Part shown: positions 36,647 through 48,091 of the stretch, in pieces
Numbering within the stretch: the first letter of the stretch is position 1
Layout: the number at the start of each line of letters is the position of its first letter
Origin: a bacterium
Lineage (GTDB): Bacteria > Electryoneota > JAOADG01
Assembly: GCA_963681965.1 (NCBI GenBank)
Contig: OY820579.1
Coordinates: forward strand, 2,336,001-2,400,000
Length of the DNA: 64,000 nucleotides
Direction of reading: 5' to 3'
Program-made: the position numbers and the translations under genes
Notes under the pieces: generated by a model
The model's database searches: none
The model's input: the letters and a program-made list of their open reading frames with translations, nothing else
What the model was told of the DNA's origin: nothing

Positions 36647-38875
36647 ATGACTAATTCCAGCGCTACTGTAACTCCAGATCGGGCATCCCAAATTGGCGAT
36701 TTCTGGGGCGGACTCGCGTCCATGTTCGTTGCGCTTCCATCCTCGATCGCATTTGGTATCGCCGTTTATACGACACTCGATCCCGGATTTGCCGGACAAG
36801 GGGCAATGGCTGGAATACTAGGTGCCGGGGCATTAGGGATTGTCGCCTCCATGATTGGTCGCAACGGCGGACTGATCTCAGCACCGTGTGCGCCTGCAGC
36901 AGCGGTATTGACCGCCTTGATTATCGGATTACTTTCGAATGGCGCGTTCGCGGCGCGTGGAACCGATATTCCGCTGCTGATTACCTTGACCATATTTTTT
37001 GCGGCACTGTTTCAACTATTCTACGGCTTAATCGGTTGGGGTCGATTGATCAAATTTATCCCATACCCGGTTGTAAGTGGGTACATGTCGGGAGTTGGAA
37101 TCCTTATCGCGCTAGGTCAACTACCGAAACTCCTGGGTCTTCCATCCGGCACCAATTTGCAAGATGGATTCATGCATCCGGAAATCTGGAGAATTCCCGG
37201 TCTGTCAGTTGGAATCGTTACAATCATTGTAACATTAATATCGCCGCGATTCACCACCAGAATTCCTGCCACTATTCTTGGTTTGCTCGCCGGCATCGCT
37301 ACTTATTTTAGTTTGTCGACAATCTATCCGGAATTATTACTAGTTCAGGGGAATTCACTTATTATTGGTCCGATTGAAACTTCAGGATCGTTTTTTTCAA
37401 CGATATCCGGACACTTTTACGGTCTGATTCACATCGATCTCATCTCGATTACTGCGGTTCTGGTTCCAGCGCTGACGCTATCGGTTTTGCTCTCGATCGA
37501 TACGCTCAAAACATGCGTGGTGCTGGATACAATTTCCATCAGTCGACATAACTCCGATCGAGTGTTAAAAGGGGTTGGCATTGGAAATCTGGTCGTTTCG
37601 TTTTTAGGGGGTATTCCCGGTGCCGGTACGATGGGACCATCGTTGGTCAATTCCGCAAGTGGCGGTCGTACGCCTCGTTCCGGGGTGTACGAAGGGATAT
37701 TTGTGCTACTGGTTTTCCTGCTACTGCGACCGTTGATTGCCTGGGTGCCGATCGGTGCATTGGCGGGAATTCTGATGGTGATTGCCTGGCGAATGTTCGA
37801 CCGAAGTATGTTCCACTTGTTGAAATTGCCAACGGGACGACTTGATTTTGTCGTAATAGCCGGTGTCGTCTTTCTGGCAGTGGCATTCGACCTAATCGTT
37901 GCAACCGGGGTTGGTGTCGGGTTGGCAATTCTCCTTTTTATCCGCGATCAGGTCAAGGTTTCCATCATCTACCGGAAACAATATTTGAATCAAGTATCCT
38001 CGAAAACGCGCCGTGTTGCCAGCGAACGGGCGATCATCGAACGAGACGGCGAACAAGGTGTTTTGTGTGAATTGCAGGGAAATCTCTTTTTCGGAACTGC
38101 CGATCAATTATTCGCGCAACTAGAACCCGATCTCCGGACAAAACGTTTCATTTTGTTCGATCTACGGCGAGTCCAGTCGATCGATTATACCGCCATGCAT
38201 TTTATCAAACAGATGCAGACGTTGCTCACTCGCCGGAATGGAAGTTTGTTGTTCTGTAGTCTCTCTAGTGCACTGTTGAGCAAGAATATTTTCGAACACT
38301 CGCTCAAAGATGCCGGGATACTGGATTCGAACAGTGATAGTATCCTGTTTGGAACTTTGGATGATGCTTTGGAATGGATTGAAAATCGATTGCTCGAAAC
38401 CGCCGGTGTCACCTCCGAACCGGACGAATCGCCCGTCCTTCTAGATGAGTTTAACATCTTTCGCGGGCAGGATGAGACTATACTGGAAGAACTGGCAAAG
38501 ACTATCCAAGAACGGTTTTACAAAAAAGGGGATACGATCTTTGCGAAAGGCGAACTGGGGGACGAAATATTTTTTGTTCGCCGGGGAAGTGTACGAATTG
38601 TCCTCCCGTTTGAAAGCGGAGCTGTTCACCACTTGGTGAATATTGGTCGAGCAGACTTTTTCGGGGAACTGGCATTTCTCGATCAAGGTAAGCGCTCAGC
38701 CAATGCTGAAGCGAAAGAAGATTGCGAGTTGTATGTTTTATCGCGCCAGTCGTTCGAAGCAGTAGTAGCGAAACGAGAAAAATTCGGTCGGGAAGTTTTA
38801 AAACGATTGGCGCTGACGATTGCCGAACACTTACGTCAAGCCGATGCCGAATTGCAATTGAGTAAAGAACGGTGA
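36647..38875 (+). CDS. SulP/SLC26 anion transporter with STAS and cNMP-binding domains
   Basis: GGLASMFVALPSSIAFG, GRLIKFIPYPVVSG, LQGNLFFG..DLRRVQSID (STAS), FFGELAFLDQGKRSANAEA (cNMP). Confidence 0.93.
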   Translation: MTNSSATVTPDRASQIGDFWGGLASMFVALPSSIAFGIAVYTTLDPGFAGQGAMAGILGAGALGIVASMIGRNGGLISAPCAPAAAVLTALIIGLLSNGAFAARGTDIPLLITLTIFFAALFQLFYGLIGWGRLIKFIPYPVVSGYMSGVGILIALGQLPKLLGLPSGTNLQDGFMHPEIWRIPGLSVGIVTIIVTLISPRFTTRIPATILGLLAGIATYFSLSTIYPELLLVQGNSLIIGPIETSGSFFSTISGHFYGLIHIDLISITAVLVPALTLSVLLSIDTLKTCVVLDTISISRHNSDRVLKGVGIGNLVVSFLGGIPGAGTMGPSLVNSASGGRTPRSGVYEGIFVLLVFLLLRPLIAWVPIGALAGILMVIAWRMFDRSMFHLLKLPTGRLDFVVIAGVVFLAVAFDLIVATGVGVGLAILLFIRDQVKVSIIYRKQYLNQVSSKTRRVASERAIIERDGEQGVLCELQGNLFFGTADQLFAQLEPDLRTKRFILFDLRRVQSIDYTAMHFIKQMQTLLTRRNGSLLFCSLSSALLSKNIFEHSLKDAGILDSNSDSILFGTLDDALEWIENRLLETAGVTSEPDESPVLLDEFNIFRGQDETILEELAKTIQERFYKKGDTIFAKGELGDEIFFVRRGSVRIVLPFESGAVHHLVNIGRADFFGELAFLDQGKRSANAEAKEDCELYVLSRQSFEAVVAKREKFGREVLKRLALTIAEHLRQADAELQLSKER

Positions 38876-39152
38876 TGCGACGAAAGAATTACTTCTGTAT
38901 CGAGCGACAGACTTAATCTTATTAGTGCACTTAAATGGGAAATCTTCTCCACTCCACTCAGATCAACTTTCGCGACCAAATATTCAGTAATATTATTCAT
39001 TCGATTATACATCGATGGAAAGCTTGTTATAAAAATATTTTCGCTATTGAGACCGAAAATTCTGTTCTGATTATTATCACTTCCATTCTTTGGTCGGTAG
39101 GTCAAGTTCGGTTCTATCCGATTATTCTCATTTCGGTAATCAACGACCAGAT

Positions 39153-39270
39153 TATAGTGGTTCTTGAAAATAAGTTGTCATGATTCGGTGTCAGGATTTG
39201 CCTGACCTGCGGGCGGACGCGGGGATCCGCCCCTACTACCGATAACAACTTATTTTCCAGAGATACTATA
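39153..39270. repeat. 118-bp MITE-like element with internal REP-type hairpin (copy 1)
   Basis: Terminal IRs TATAGTGGTTCTTGAAAATAAGTTGT and ACAACTTATTTTCCAGAGATACTATA. Internal GGGCGGACGCGGGGATCCGCCCCTAC. Second copy at 44932-45049. Confidence 0.8.
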
Positions 39271-39273
39271 TAC

Positions 39274-39317
39274 AAAAAAAATCTCGATTGAACTGCAAGA
39301 GGCAGCTCAATCGAGAT
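39274..39317 (-). terminator. Probable intrinsic terminator for the C25 peptidase gene
   Basis: ATCTCGATTGA..TCAATCGAGAT stem preceded by an A-run on + (U-tract on minus). Confidence 0.65.
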
Positions 39318-39418
39318 AATAGCACAGAATTGTCACTTAAAAAATAGTTGTCATGATTTGGTGGTCGGCTTTTGTCGAATATGTACCGACGAGCGAGTCT
39401 GTACTTACAAATACCGAC

Positions 39419-39444
39419 GGGCGACCGCGGCGGGTCGCCCGTAC
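39419..39444 (-). repeat. REP-like palindrome
   Basis: Minus strand GTACGGGCGACCCGCCGCGGTCGCCC: GTA(C/G) foot plus a GC-rich hairpin, the same architecture as the MITE-internal REP. Confidence 0.6.
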
Positions 39445-39460
39445 AATCGAACAGCGAAAA

Positions 39461-42400
39461 TTATTTCAACAGCACCATCTTCCGTGTAGCTGAAAATGTA
39501 CCAGCCTCGAGACGATAGAAATACACGCCATTCGCTAAACTGGAACCGTCGAATGTGACGGTATGCTTGCCTGCTGCAAACGGTTTACCGGTAGACAGCG
39601 ACGCGACAACCTGCCCAAGGTTGTTGTAGACGGATAAACTGACCGGCATCATCCGCGGAACTGAGAAAGTAATCGATGTAACCGGATTAAACGGATTCGG
39701 TCGATTTTGCAGCAATGAATAGGTTAGTGGAAGTTGCTCCGGCGTCTGAGTTACTTCACTGTTAGGATTGAACACATTCATGACGATTGGAACATACACA
39801 AGCGGCACACTGGAATTATTGCTAATCCTCAGTCCATCGGAATATCGAACTGGCAGATTCGTGCTTGTCATCGAAATGGATACAGTTTCGAGTTGATTGG
39901 CTAGTAATTCTCCCGATACTGGCGAAACCTGAATCCATGACCGATCCACGGCAAGCTTGTAGATGCCCACGATATCGGAATTGGAGTGACTCATAAGCGC
40001 AATTGCCACCCAAAAAGTAGGATTCCAAGTATTGGTGATTGCTAAACCATATGCGGCATCGCCATTACTCCCCAGACTGGCGAGAATACGACTGGTACCG
40101 GTGGTTGGATTGATTTTTACAAGGCGAGTTCCAGTGGTATGCGATTGTTGATCGCGATAATAAGCGTACAATTTCATCCCATCCGGGTCGGCGGGAAACC
40201 ATGCCAATCCGAATAAACCGCTTATTGCAGGGATATCGCCGACAATCGAGTTATTAGCCAAATTTAGCTTGTAGATCGGGCTGTTTTGATCGGCATAATA
40301 GAGCATCCGATTGGCAGTATCGATTGTGATTGACCGTGCGACCGATACAAATTGGATCGGAATTCGTGAAAGAACGCTGCCAGTTCCAGTATCGATTCGA
40401 TCAATATGATTATCGTACGAACCATAGAGATACCGACCATCGAATGCCAGATCGCGCCAGCCGATGACACCAACACTGTCTGGGCAATTGTAAGTGTTCA
40501 ATAATTGCGTTCCAGTCCGATCGAGTTTGTACAACTTGTGCGGTCGAGCATAATTAGGGGAAGCACCGCTAATCCAAAAATGCTCCCCGTCGTATTCGAC
40601 ACCACTTAACATCGGATCGTTGATGAGTAGCGAGGATGGATTGATAGAAGCCAGTGACGAAAAGAGTGAATCCTCTTCCGATCCATTCGGGTTGATTGAC
40701 TGAGTAAGATTCCAAGTCAACGGTCCATTCCCGGTATTACGCAGGAATAAATGCAGAGTAGTGTCCTGTCCACCTGTCGATAAGCGGGCATAGAGCGAAT
40801 CATTCGGTGCCATTACGGTATCTTGCGGGTGTAACGTTATCCGAAGAATCGGTTTTCGCATTGTAAAGTGAACAGTGGTTGTACTGCTATCGCGAACACG
40901 GACGGTATCGGTAATCGGAATATACCCGAATGCTTGAATCGAAATCGGAAATGTGCCACTGGGGAAACGGTCGATACGAAACTGACCATTTGAATCGGTA
41001 ACAGCCGATGCGATCGCTTCACGAGAACTAATGACGGCTCCCTGAATCGGTCGACCATCGCTCAACTGAGTAACATCTCCGATAAGTCTTCCCGACACGA
41101 AGCTTGCCGAAGTAGCGAAGGTGATAGCACGGTTGATATCGACGCCATCGGGAATCACTGCAGCACCATTCGACCAGTCGTGCCAGAAAACATATTGTAA
41201 TGCCCGGGAGCGAGAAGAATCGCAAATCCCGATCGTAGTGAATCCCGGTTCGTATGGGTAGCTTAGATATTCACTGCTGCTCCGGGTTTTGTATTGGAAT
41301 TTAAGAATGCAATCGCTAGAAGGAACGCGTAATGATTGCGGGTTGTAGATGAGTACCTGAAATTCGTTTGGACCAGTAAAACCGTTCAGATAAGTAATAC
41401 CTTTCCAAGTGATCACGTAAGCATGTGAGCTGGAATCGTAACTACCGAACACACCTCCCGATGGATAACTGGGAATTAATAAATCCTGCCAGTCCACTGC
41501 TACCATATTGGGGGGAACATCGGGACCCGGTAATGCACGATTACGAAACGTGTACTGCAAATGCGAGCCATTTAGCGCATCGATTACCCGAGCCGGACCG
41601 AACGAAAACCAACCATTCGTGCATACTGTGATTGTGTCATAGATAATTCCATAATGTTGCGCATGAAAAGGTAGCCGGATTAATACCGAACTATCGGTAC
41701 TTTCGACCGGATCATTCAAATTCAACCGATTCGCCAATGTCTCATTATCGATCCACTGATAAGTCGGGTGCAAAAAATAGGATGTATCGGTATCGTCGAA
41801 TGCCATGTACCCATACGAATCGGGACCGGTGCAAAGTGTTGTTGGATAATCACCATCAACCCCAATCGTCACTGTGAAATACAAAGTGTCGCGAAGACTA
41901 TCACACTGAAAAATTGCCATCATACCGGCATGAGTACCGGGTATACTGTTTCTGGCGGAATGGATTTGAAATTGTTGAGTAGAAAGATTAGTCACCGTCA
42001 GTAACGACGGCAACGATGGAAATATCGCATTCGATACGTGAACTTCGATTTGCGGCGAGAGCGATATCAAACGCGCCTGAGAGGTTTGAACTGTTAGATC
42101 GCTAGTGTTCATCACCGAAATGGCTAAATTGGCAACCACATCGGGATTAAGTCGAGCCGGTGTGAGCGACGATCCGAAATAGCGCAATTGGATTGATTGT
42201 ATTGGTAAGGAAATTGGATAGGTCCACCGATACTGTGAATCGGCAGTGGTAATCCGAAGATGAAGCGGAAGGTGATCTCCGTTTCGGATATTCGTTGCAA
42301 TCGCAATTCGGAAATTAATGGCATTATATGCTGTGTCGCTTGGTGCGAGATTGGGATACGATCCCAGACTGTCGATCACTACAATTCGCGGATCGTCGGA

Positions 42401-44623
42401 TGTCAAATAGGATCGGATTGTTCTAAGGGTGTCCCGCGATCCCCGATTGGCAAGTTGAATCCGGAGATCGATTATCTCGCCGGGATTGGCGATTTGATTG
42501 TTGTTACCAATGCGACCGTTCCCGGTATTATCGATTATCGACAGACGATTCAATACCAATTCTCCGGGAAGTGTCGTAACAACGACTGTATCGATCCGAG
42601 GGAGATAGTTGTCGCCAACCTTATTACCGATTACGGTAACAATCATGGTTCCAGTAGTTCGATTGGTAAGTGGTAGGTTTACTTGACCGCGAGCATCGGT
42701 TACGCCGCGGGCATAGGTTTCGAGTTCATTGTTGCTATTGTATTTTTGTACGGTAACCAGCGCATTCGGCACAATTGCATTGTCTTCGGTGCGATTTACT
42801 TGAAATTCAAAGGTATTTTGATGAAGTGGAATTAGTGTCGACATTGTTGTAGAAAGGTGGCGGGGCACTCCGGTCCACATATTCACCGAGATATCGCCCA
42901 TGACATTGTACCAATTCAGAATGTCGGTAACGCGTGCCGGATCGTAGTTCCAGAAATTGCGCCACATCTGGTATTTGCCTTCAAAATACATTCCACCCGG
43001 TTGTCGGGCATTTTTCACACCCAGTCCGTAGTATGTTCCAGCCGCCATACAATTGTTATTGGATGGTGTTTGGCTGGATGTTTCGCTGCTCATGGCTGCA
43101 ATCGCACCACACGGCGCAGTAGGAGTACCGAGTTTTACCAGTGTTTCGTGAATACCACTTGAGGAAGCCCCATAATAATCGCCGGTACTGCACGTGATGT
43201 TAAACGCGACAAAACACTTGTTGATATTCGTCGAAATACCAGAAAGATCCGACGATGAGATTTGCCCGATCCATGATGCCCGGTGCGCAAGAAACAACAT
43301 TCCTGGATTGCATCGGATGGAAATTAAACTGGCATCGACATGTCCATTATGTTCGTCATAGTTGATATTCCTTGGTGGGACACCACGTACTGCCATCATC
43401 GACATGCAGTACCAGATACAAGTGCGGTTCGAGTAGACATCGTTGGATACTCCGGCGTATCCCCAGCCCCTTCGAAACCAAGTGGAATCGGTCATATTTG
43501 GTTGTCGTTCATAATTTATCGACCGATTGATCATCAACTGCAATTGCGATGCATTATTCGCCGGCCAACGGCTGATATACGCATCGGCAAGAATGTCGTT
43601 TCCGCTGAGACAGACGAACTGGTGGTCGGTGTATGTGTAAGACGATTGATAAGCCGGGAGTGAAAAATTATCATTTGTATTATACGCATCTGCTGCTAGT
43701 ATAACATTATCTAGACCGGCAGGTGAATTGTAAATATTCAGCAATTGATTACGGATGACAGAGGTATCGGTTGAAGTCGAAATAATCAATTGTGTGGGGC
43801 GTCCACTCTGATTTCGCCAGTCTACAAACGGCTGAATCTGCGATACTGTCCCGAGTCGACAGACAATCACAGTTTGACCGAATAACGCATTGGCATTTAA
43901 TTCCGTCAATTCGTCGGCACCAATGATTTCGCGGTAAAATTGTGCAAACGTTGGTGAAGGGTGGGGAGCGGTACGGATTTCATTGATTCCGATTCCACCG
44001 GTGGGAACAGTCTCGATTTCGATGGAAGTGTAGACCCGCACCGTGCGCGTTCCGGGATTGACAGCGACCGGTTGGACGTTCAACAGTCCGATGCGCGCAT
44101 CGCGGAGGATTTGCGGTTCACTGACTTTGACCAATTCTTCCGGGAACCAATGATCTTTCGAATAGAAGTCGCGATCGATTGTAAAGGGACGATCGCGATA
44201 TCCATCTTTCGTTTCGACGGGTAACGGTTGCTGAGGTAGAACATCGATGTCACGATACTCGATGTAATCCGATGCGATCACACGCACGGCAACATTGCCG
44301 GTGTTGGGATACAATACCGGGCGCGCAATGGCTGGCACCAACGGCTTACCGGGAGTCCAGTTGCGGGTTTCACCGGGGATATCGATCCAAGTCCATTCCT
44401 CTTTACCGGCGATTACCGATTCGAATTTCACATTCGGATGCGAGAACATCAGTTTATAATGACCAACGCCCAGCTTTTGAACATCGATTTGGATTGATCC
44501 GGAATCGGGAATGCCAAGGATATCGTCGTCGGATGGAGTCCATTCCCGGGGATTAGCAAAGGCGAACAAGGATGAGGCGAAGAGCAGAAAAAAAACGATT
44601 GAGAGCAAGCAGCGAGTATTCAT
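39461..44623 (-). CDS. C25 (gingipain-like) cysteine peptidase with propeptide, accessory Ig/propeller domains and T9SS-type C-terminal domain
   Basis: Propeptide PGKPLVP..EPQILRDARIG. FVDWRNQSG, DAYISRWP..INYE, NITCSTGDY (catalytic Cys region), YNVMGD. NRPNPFNP..LANGVYFYRL..KMVLLK. Confidence 0.88.
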   Translation of the reverse strand: MNTRCLLSIVFFLLFASSLFAFANPREWTPSDDDILGIPDSGSIQIDVQKLGVGHYKLMFSHPNVKFESVIAGKEEWTWIDIPGETRNWTPGKPLVPAIARPVLYPNTGNVAVRVIASDYIEYRDIDVLPQQPLPVETKDGYRDRPFTIDRDFYSKDHWFPEELVKVSEPQILRDARIGLLNVQPVAVNPGTRTVRVYTSIEIETVPTGGIGINEIRTAPHPSPTFAQFYREIIGADELTELNANALFGQTVIVCRLGTVSQIQPFVDWRNQSGRPTQLIISTSTDTSVIRNQLLNIYNSPAGLDNVILAADAYNTNDNFSLPAYQSSYTYTDHQFVCLSGNDILADAYISRWPANNASQLQLMINRSINYERQPNMTDSTWFRRGWGYAGVSNDVYSNRTCIWYCMSMMAVRGVPPRNINYDEHNGHVDASLISIRCNPGMLFLAHRASWIGQISSSDLSGISTNINKCFVAFNITCSTGDYYGASSSGIHETLVKLGTPTAPCGAIAAMSSETSSQTPSNNNCMAAGTYYGLGVKNARQPGGMYFEGKYQMWRNFWNYDPARVTDILNWYNVMGDISVNMWTGVPRHLSTTMSTLIPLHQNTFEFQVNRTEDNAIVPNALVTVQKYNSNNELETYARGVTDARGQVNLPLTNRTTGTMIVTVIGNKVGDNYLPRIDTVVVTTLPGELVLNRLSIIDNTGNGRIGNNNQIANPGEIIDLRIQLANRGSRDTLRTIRSYLTSDDPRIVVIDSLGSYPNLAPSDTAYNAINFRIAIATNIRNGDHLPLHLRITTADSQYRWTYPISLPIQSIQLRYFGSSLTPARLNPDVVANLAISVMNTSDLTVQTSQARLISLSPQIEVHVSNAIFPSLPSLLTVTNLSTQQFQIHSARNSIPGTHAGMMAIFQCDSLRDTLYFTVTIGVDGDYPTTLCTGPDSYGYMAFDDTDTSYFLHPTYQWIDNETLANRLNLNDPVESTDSSVLIRLPFHAQHYGIIYDTITVCTNGWFSFGPARVIDALNGSHLQYTFRNRALPGPDVPPNMVAVDWQDLLIPSYPSGGVFGSYDSSSHAYVITWKGITYLNGFTGPNEFQVLIYNPQSLRVPSSDCILKFQYKTRSSSEYLSYPYEPGFTTIGICDSSRSRALQYVFWHDWSNGAAVIPDGVDINRAITFATSASFVSGRLIGDVTQLSDGRPIQGAVISSREAIASAVTDSNGQFRIDRFPSGTFPISIQAFGYIPITDTVRVRDSSTTTVHFTMRKPILRITLHPQDTVMAPNDSLYARLSTGGQDTTLHLFLRNTGNGPLTWNLTQSINPNGSEEDSLFSSLASINPSSLLINDPMLSGVEYDGEHFWISGASPNYARPHKLYKLDRTGTQLLNTYNCPDSVGVIGWRDLAFDGRYLYGSYDNHIDRIDTGTGSVLSRIPIQFVSVARSITIDTANRMLYYADQNSPIYKLNLANNSIVGDIPAISGLFGLAWFPADPDGMKLYAYYRDQQSHTTGTRLVKINPTTGTSRILASLGSNGDAAYGLAITNTWNPTFWVAIALMSHSNSDIVGIYKLAVDRSWIQVSPVSGELLANQLETVSISMTSTNLPVRYSDGLRISNNSSVPLVYVPIVMNVFNPNSEVTQTPEQLPLTYSLLQNRPNPFNPVTSITFSVPRMMPVSLSVYNNLGQVVASLSTGKPFAAGKHTVTFDGSSLANGVYFYRLEAGTFSATRKMVLLK

Positions 44624-44931
44624 TACTACCTCCTGAAGCAGTGCTTGATGACCGACAATATTACCAGTTCTAGCAAACTAACCTGAGGTGTTCATAAAAA
44701 AGTTTGAATGGAAGTTGTAATAAGTAAAATCAAGATAGTGATTTGACCAAAAGATTATTGTACAAGATATGAAAGAGTATGATAAAGAAAAATATTTTTT
44801 TTAAAAATTCGCAACATGCACAATATTAACTACTTGTTCTTTGAATGGTATAATAATGATGTGTACAATTCGTCTATTAAGAAGTCGCATACGGTTATGC
44901 AATTTCAATGCACTCATAACCTTAGACTGAT

Positions 44932-45049
44932 TATAGTGGTTCTTGAAAATAAGTTATCATTATTTCGTGTCAGGCTTCGCCAGACCTGCGGGCGGACACG
45001 GGGGTCCGCCCCTACTACCGATAACAACTTATTTTCAAGAGATACTTTA
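44932..45049. repeat. 118-bp MITE-like element with internal REP-type hairpin (copy 2)
   Basis: Same length and orientation as 39153-39270 with scattered substitutions. REP reads GTAGGGGCGGACCCCCGTGTCCGCCC on minus. Confidence 0.8.
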
Positions 45050-45734
45050 GACCAAGAATATAAGGGGTATCGGTAGGGAGTTTTTTTACAGTGCAGAAAA
45101 GTTTTCAGGAATTACCGCAGTTGTAATTCCAGATAAAGACGAAAAAAAATCTGGATCATAGAAATGAAGGTGAGATACGGGATTTTTTTGTATTTGAACT
45201 GGCAGGTAATGAGCTTGATTCTTTGCATGGCGAGATCGGATACTTCCAATAAGCGAATCTGAAATCACGAAGGAATCGGTAAATCTCGGGTAGTGGTTGT
45301 TGCGATGATTTTTGAGTGAATGCGACAGCTTCATCGAAATCTTGTATTGCTGAATCGGAATTGGCTATCGTACCGAATTGATATCCGAAGTGAATCACTG
45401 AGTTCGAATCAGCAAGACTGGCGCTTGTTTGAAGAATTATTTTTGAAAACGACCACTTGAGTATTGAATATCACGAGTATTGAAGTTACATTAAAAGTAA
45501 ATCGATCAAATTAATGTCAGCACGAATAATTTGAAACCGAGGTAAATTTCGATCTTTGACATCAACACCAACGACTTTCTTCCGATTTATGAGGAGAAAG
45601 TCACTTCCTCAAACAATGTTATCGATGCAATCATGCATCGATATTCAGTGTAGTATCTGTTAGTTACTCTGTTTTGAATACCATGTCTGGAAGCGGCATT
45701 GAATCTAAGCAATGCCTAACTGAACGAGGATACT

Positions 45735-47948
45735 ATGAGACATCCCATCCGCTATTTATTCGCCATCTCTGTACTTTCACTATTAACTAATTCGTTCGCG
45801 ACAGATTTGTCGCAGTCCACCCAAAATCATCTTTCACCCGGACAATCGGTACCAGTAAACTGGTCCAACGATGGCGATCCGCGTTGGAAATTGATTGAAT
45901 CAGCTACGACATTATTTTCCTTCAAGTCGGCATCCGACATCAGCGACTGGCATCCGCAAGGTTGTTGGAAGTTTGGATTGGAGCAATCATCCCTCAAAAC
46001 AAGCGATGAAAACATTCTCTTCGTTACCGGTGATTTTTTATCTTACCCGAACGATGCGAATGATCGAATTACTTCATCTGAGATAACGTTACCTCGACTA
46101 CCGCACAAATACAATCAAATTCTGTTGACAATCGATGAAACGTATCAGTTGGAAAGCGATTACGACTACGGTAATATCGAAATCTCCTCCGATCAAGGTC
46201 GTCATTGGCAAGTACTCGATACTAGAACCGGATCGAGTGTGAGTCAGATAAAATCAATTATCGACTTGACCTGGTTTGCCGGTAATACAATTCAACTCGG
46301 TTTCAGAATATCGTCCAATTCGACACATTCATTTGCGGGATGGTCGGTGGGGAGATGCGATTTATATCAAACCAACCAACCGATCATCAACAGCGTTGAT
46401 GAGACGGACAATCTGTCGACATCGATGGTCAATATCAACTCACAATGTTTTCCGGTAATTTTTTCCAACGTGAGTGTAACATTCGATAGCAGCCAAGTGA
46501 ACGGATTGGCTGCCAGTGCGTTTCATGTTACGGAAAATAACATCCCTCAAACCGATCTTTTTTCGGTGGTTCCCCCTGATTCGAATAACGGAAATCGACT
46601 CGCTGACATTGTTTTTGTGCTTGATGTTACGGGAAGTATGGGTGAGGAAATCGAATCGGTTCGTCGGAACATGGAAAGCTTCGTAAGTACCTTGATTTCT
46701 AGCGAAGTGAACTGCAATATCGGTTTCGTCGTATTCGGTGATATTGTGTACCGATACAACGAAGGGAATCTTTATTCGGACATGGCAACTGTTCAATCGA
46801 TCTTAACGAATATCCGACTCGGTGAACATGGAATTGGAAGTGGCAGTGATGAACCAGAAAATCAACTGGGTGCCTTAGCCGTTGCGAATGCCATGAATTT
46901 TCGCCCCGGAGCGCAGCGGAATCTCATATTATTGACTGATGCTCCCTCACATGAGAACGATGGGGTCACAACGTATACGACTGCGCAAGTTCAAACGATG
47001 CTGGTTGGCAGTCATTCCATTCTATTTCCGATCTTTGATACGAACGATTCGCGGCAGATTGCACAGTATGTGACTCTTGCACGCGCCACGAATCCAACCG
47101 GCACATATTTCAATGTCTATGCCAATTTCAATGCGATCATTTCGCAAATCAGCAGTATGATTTCGAATACTTACTTGATTACCTACCGTTCGAACATACC
47201 TGCAAACGTTACACAAATCAGGACGGTTGTCATCCAAACTGCTCATCGGGATCAAATAAGTACTTGTTCCGGTTCTTATAATCCTAACTCAGCACCAGCG
47301 ATTTCTCGAACGGAACAGACTCTCTTGCTCCATACACAATCGCTTCCTGCCAACTCTCCGGTCGTGATTTCTGTGAATGTCGTCGATAATGTCACACCAT
47401 TCATCAGTCGGGTATCGCTCTATTACAAAAATCTAATTTCGACCAGTTACTCCCAAGCGACGATGAACCTGAGTGGTACTTCGTATACTGCAACGATACC
47501 GGCATCATCAATTGTTTGGCCGGGAATAATCTATTATTTCGCTGCTACCGATGGTCAGTCGACGACGACGAATCCATCTTCGAATCCTACTACGTTTCCT
47601 TACACACTAGCTGTAAGTCCGAATCACAGTCCACAAATCAATTTTACTCCACCTCCCAGTTATAGCTTAACCGGTGGTCGGAACGATTCGATATCGATCG
47701 ACGCGACTATCACCGATTCGACGGTGATCGTAATGCGTTCTCGACTGTTTTATCGAGTTTTTCCGAATCTACTTTACCAAACTGTCGAGATGACCGACAC
47801 TACCAACCATCGGTATCATGGGGCAATTCCCGCTGGCATTGCTACGAACGAACCGATTGAATATGTGTTGTACGCCGAAGATGAAAATTGCATCGCGACA
47901 ACAATTGGAACGTTCGATCAGCCATTAGCGATTCAACCGTCAAGATGA
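45735..47948 (+). CDS. Secreted vWA-domain protein with N-terminal jelly-roll and C-terminal Ig-like domains
   Basis: Signal peptide. LESDYDYG.IEISSD.G..W jelly-roll. MIDAS DIVFVLDVTGSM, GSDEPEN, LILLTDAPSH. Confidence 0.85.
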   Translation: MRHPIRYLFAISVLSLLTNSFATDLSQSTQNHLSPGQSVPVNWSNDGDPRWKLIESATTLFSFKSASDISDWHPQGCWKFGLEQSSLKTSDENILFVTGDFLSYPNDANDRITSSEITLPRLPHKYNQILLTIDETYQLESDYDYGNIEISSDQGRHWQVLDTRTGSSVSQIKSIIDLTWFAGNTIQLGFRISSNSTHSFAGWSVGRCDLYQTNQPIINSVDETDNLSTSMVNINSQCFPVIFSNVSVTFDSSQVNGLAASAFHVTENNIPQTDLFSVVPPDSNNGNRLADIVFVLDVTGSMGEEIESVRRNMESFVSTLISSEVNCNIGFVVFGDIVYRYNEGNLYSDMATVQSILTNIRLGEHGIGSGSDEPENQLGALAVANAMNFRPGAQRNLILLTDAPSHENDGVTTYTTAQVQTMLVGSHSILFPIFDTNDSRQIAQYVTLARATNPTGTYFNVYANFNAIISQISSMISNTYLITYRSNIPANVTQIRTVVIQTAHRDQISTCSGSYNPNSAPAISRTEQTLLLHTQSLPANSPVVISVNVVDNVTPFISRVSLYYKNLISTSYSQATMNLSGTSYTATIPASSIVWPGIIYYFAATDGQSTTTNPSSNPTTFPYTLAVSPNHSPQINFTPPPSYSLTGGRNDSISIDATITDSTVIVMRSRLFYRVFPNLLYQTVEMTDTTNHRYHGAIPAGIATNEPIEYVLYAEDENCIATTIGTFDQPLAIQPSR

Positions 47949-48091
47949 AAGCGGACACGAAGCAATGAGCGAATTTGCGGTGAAGAAAAATAAACCACAA
48001 AATCGTTCGCTTCATCCACTCGACTTTGAATCAATAGGCAAAATAAGTTTAACACACACATCGGAAATCGACTATGATCCGTGGAGGAAAA

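Noticed and set aside
36647-38875. SulP-STAS-cNMP fusion as a novelty
   Set aside because: This is a known, widespread architecture.
45086-45398. Short overlapping minus-strand ORFs upstream of the C25 gene
   Set aside because: No recognisable motifs or RBS. Possibly decayed sequence but unsupported.
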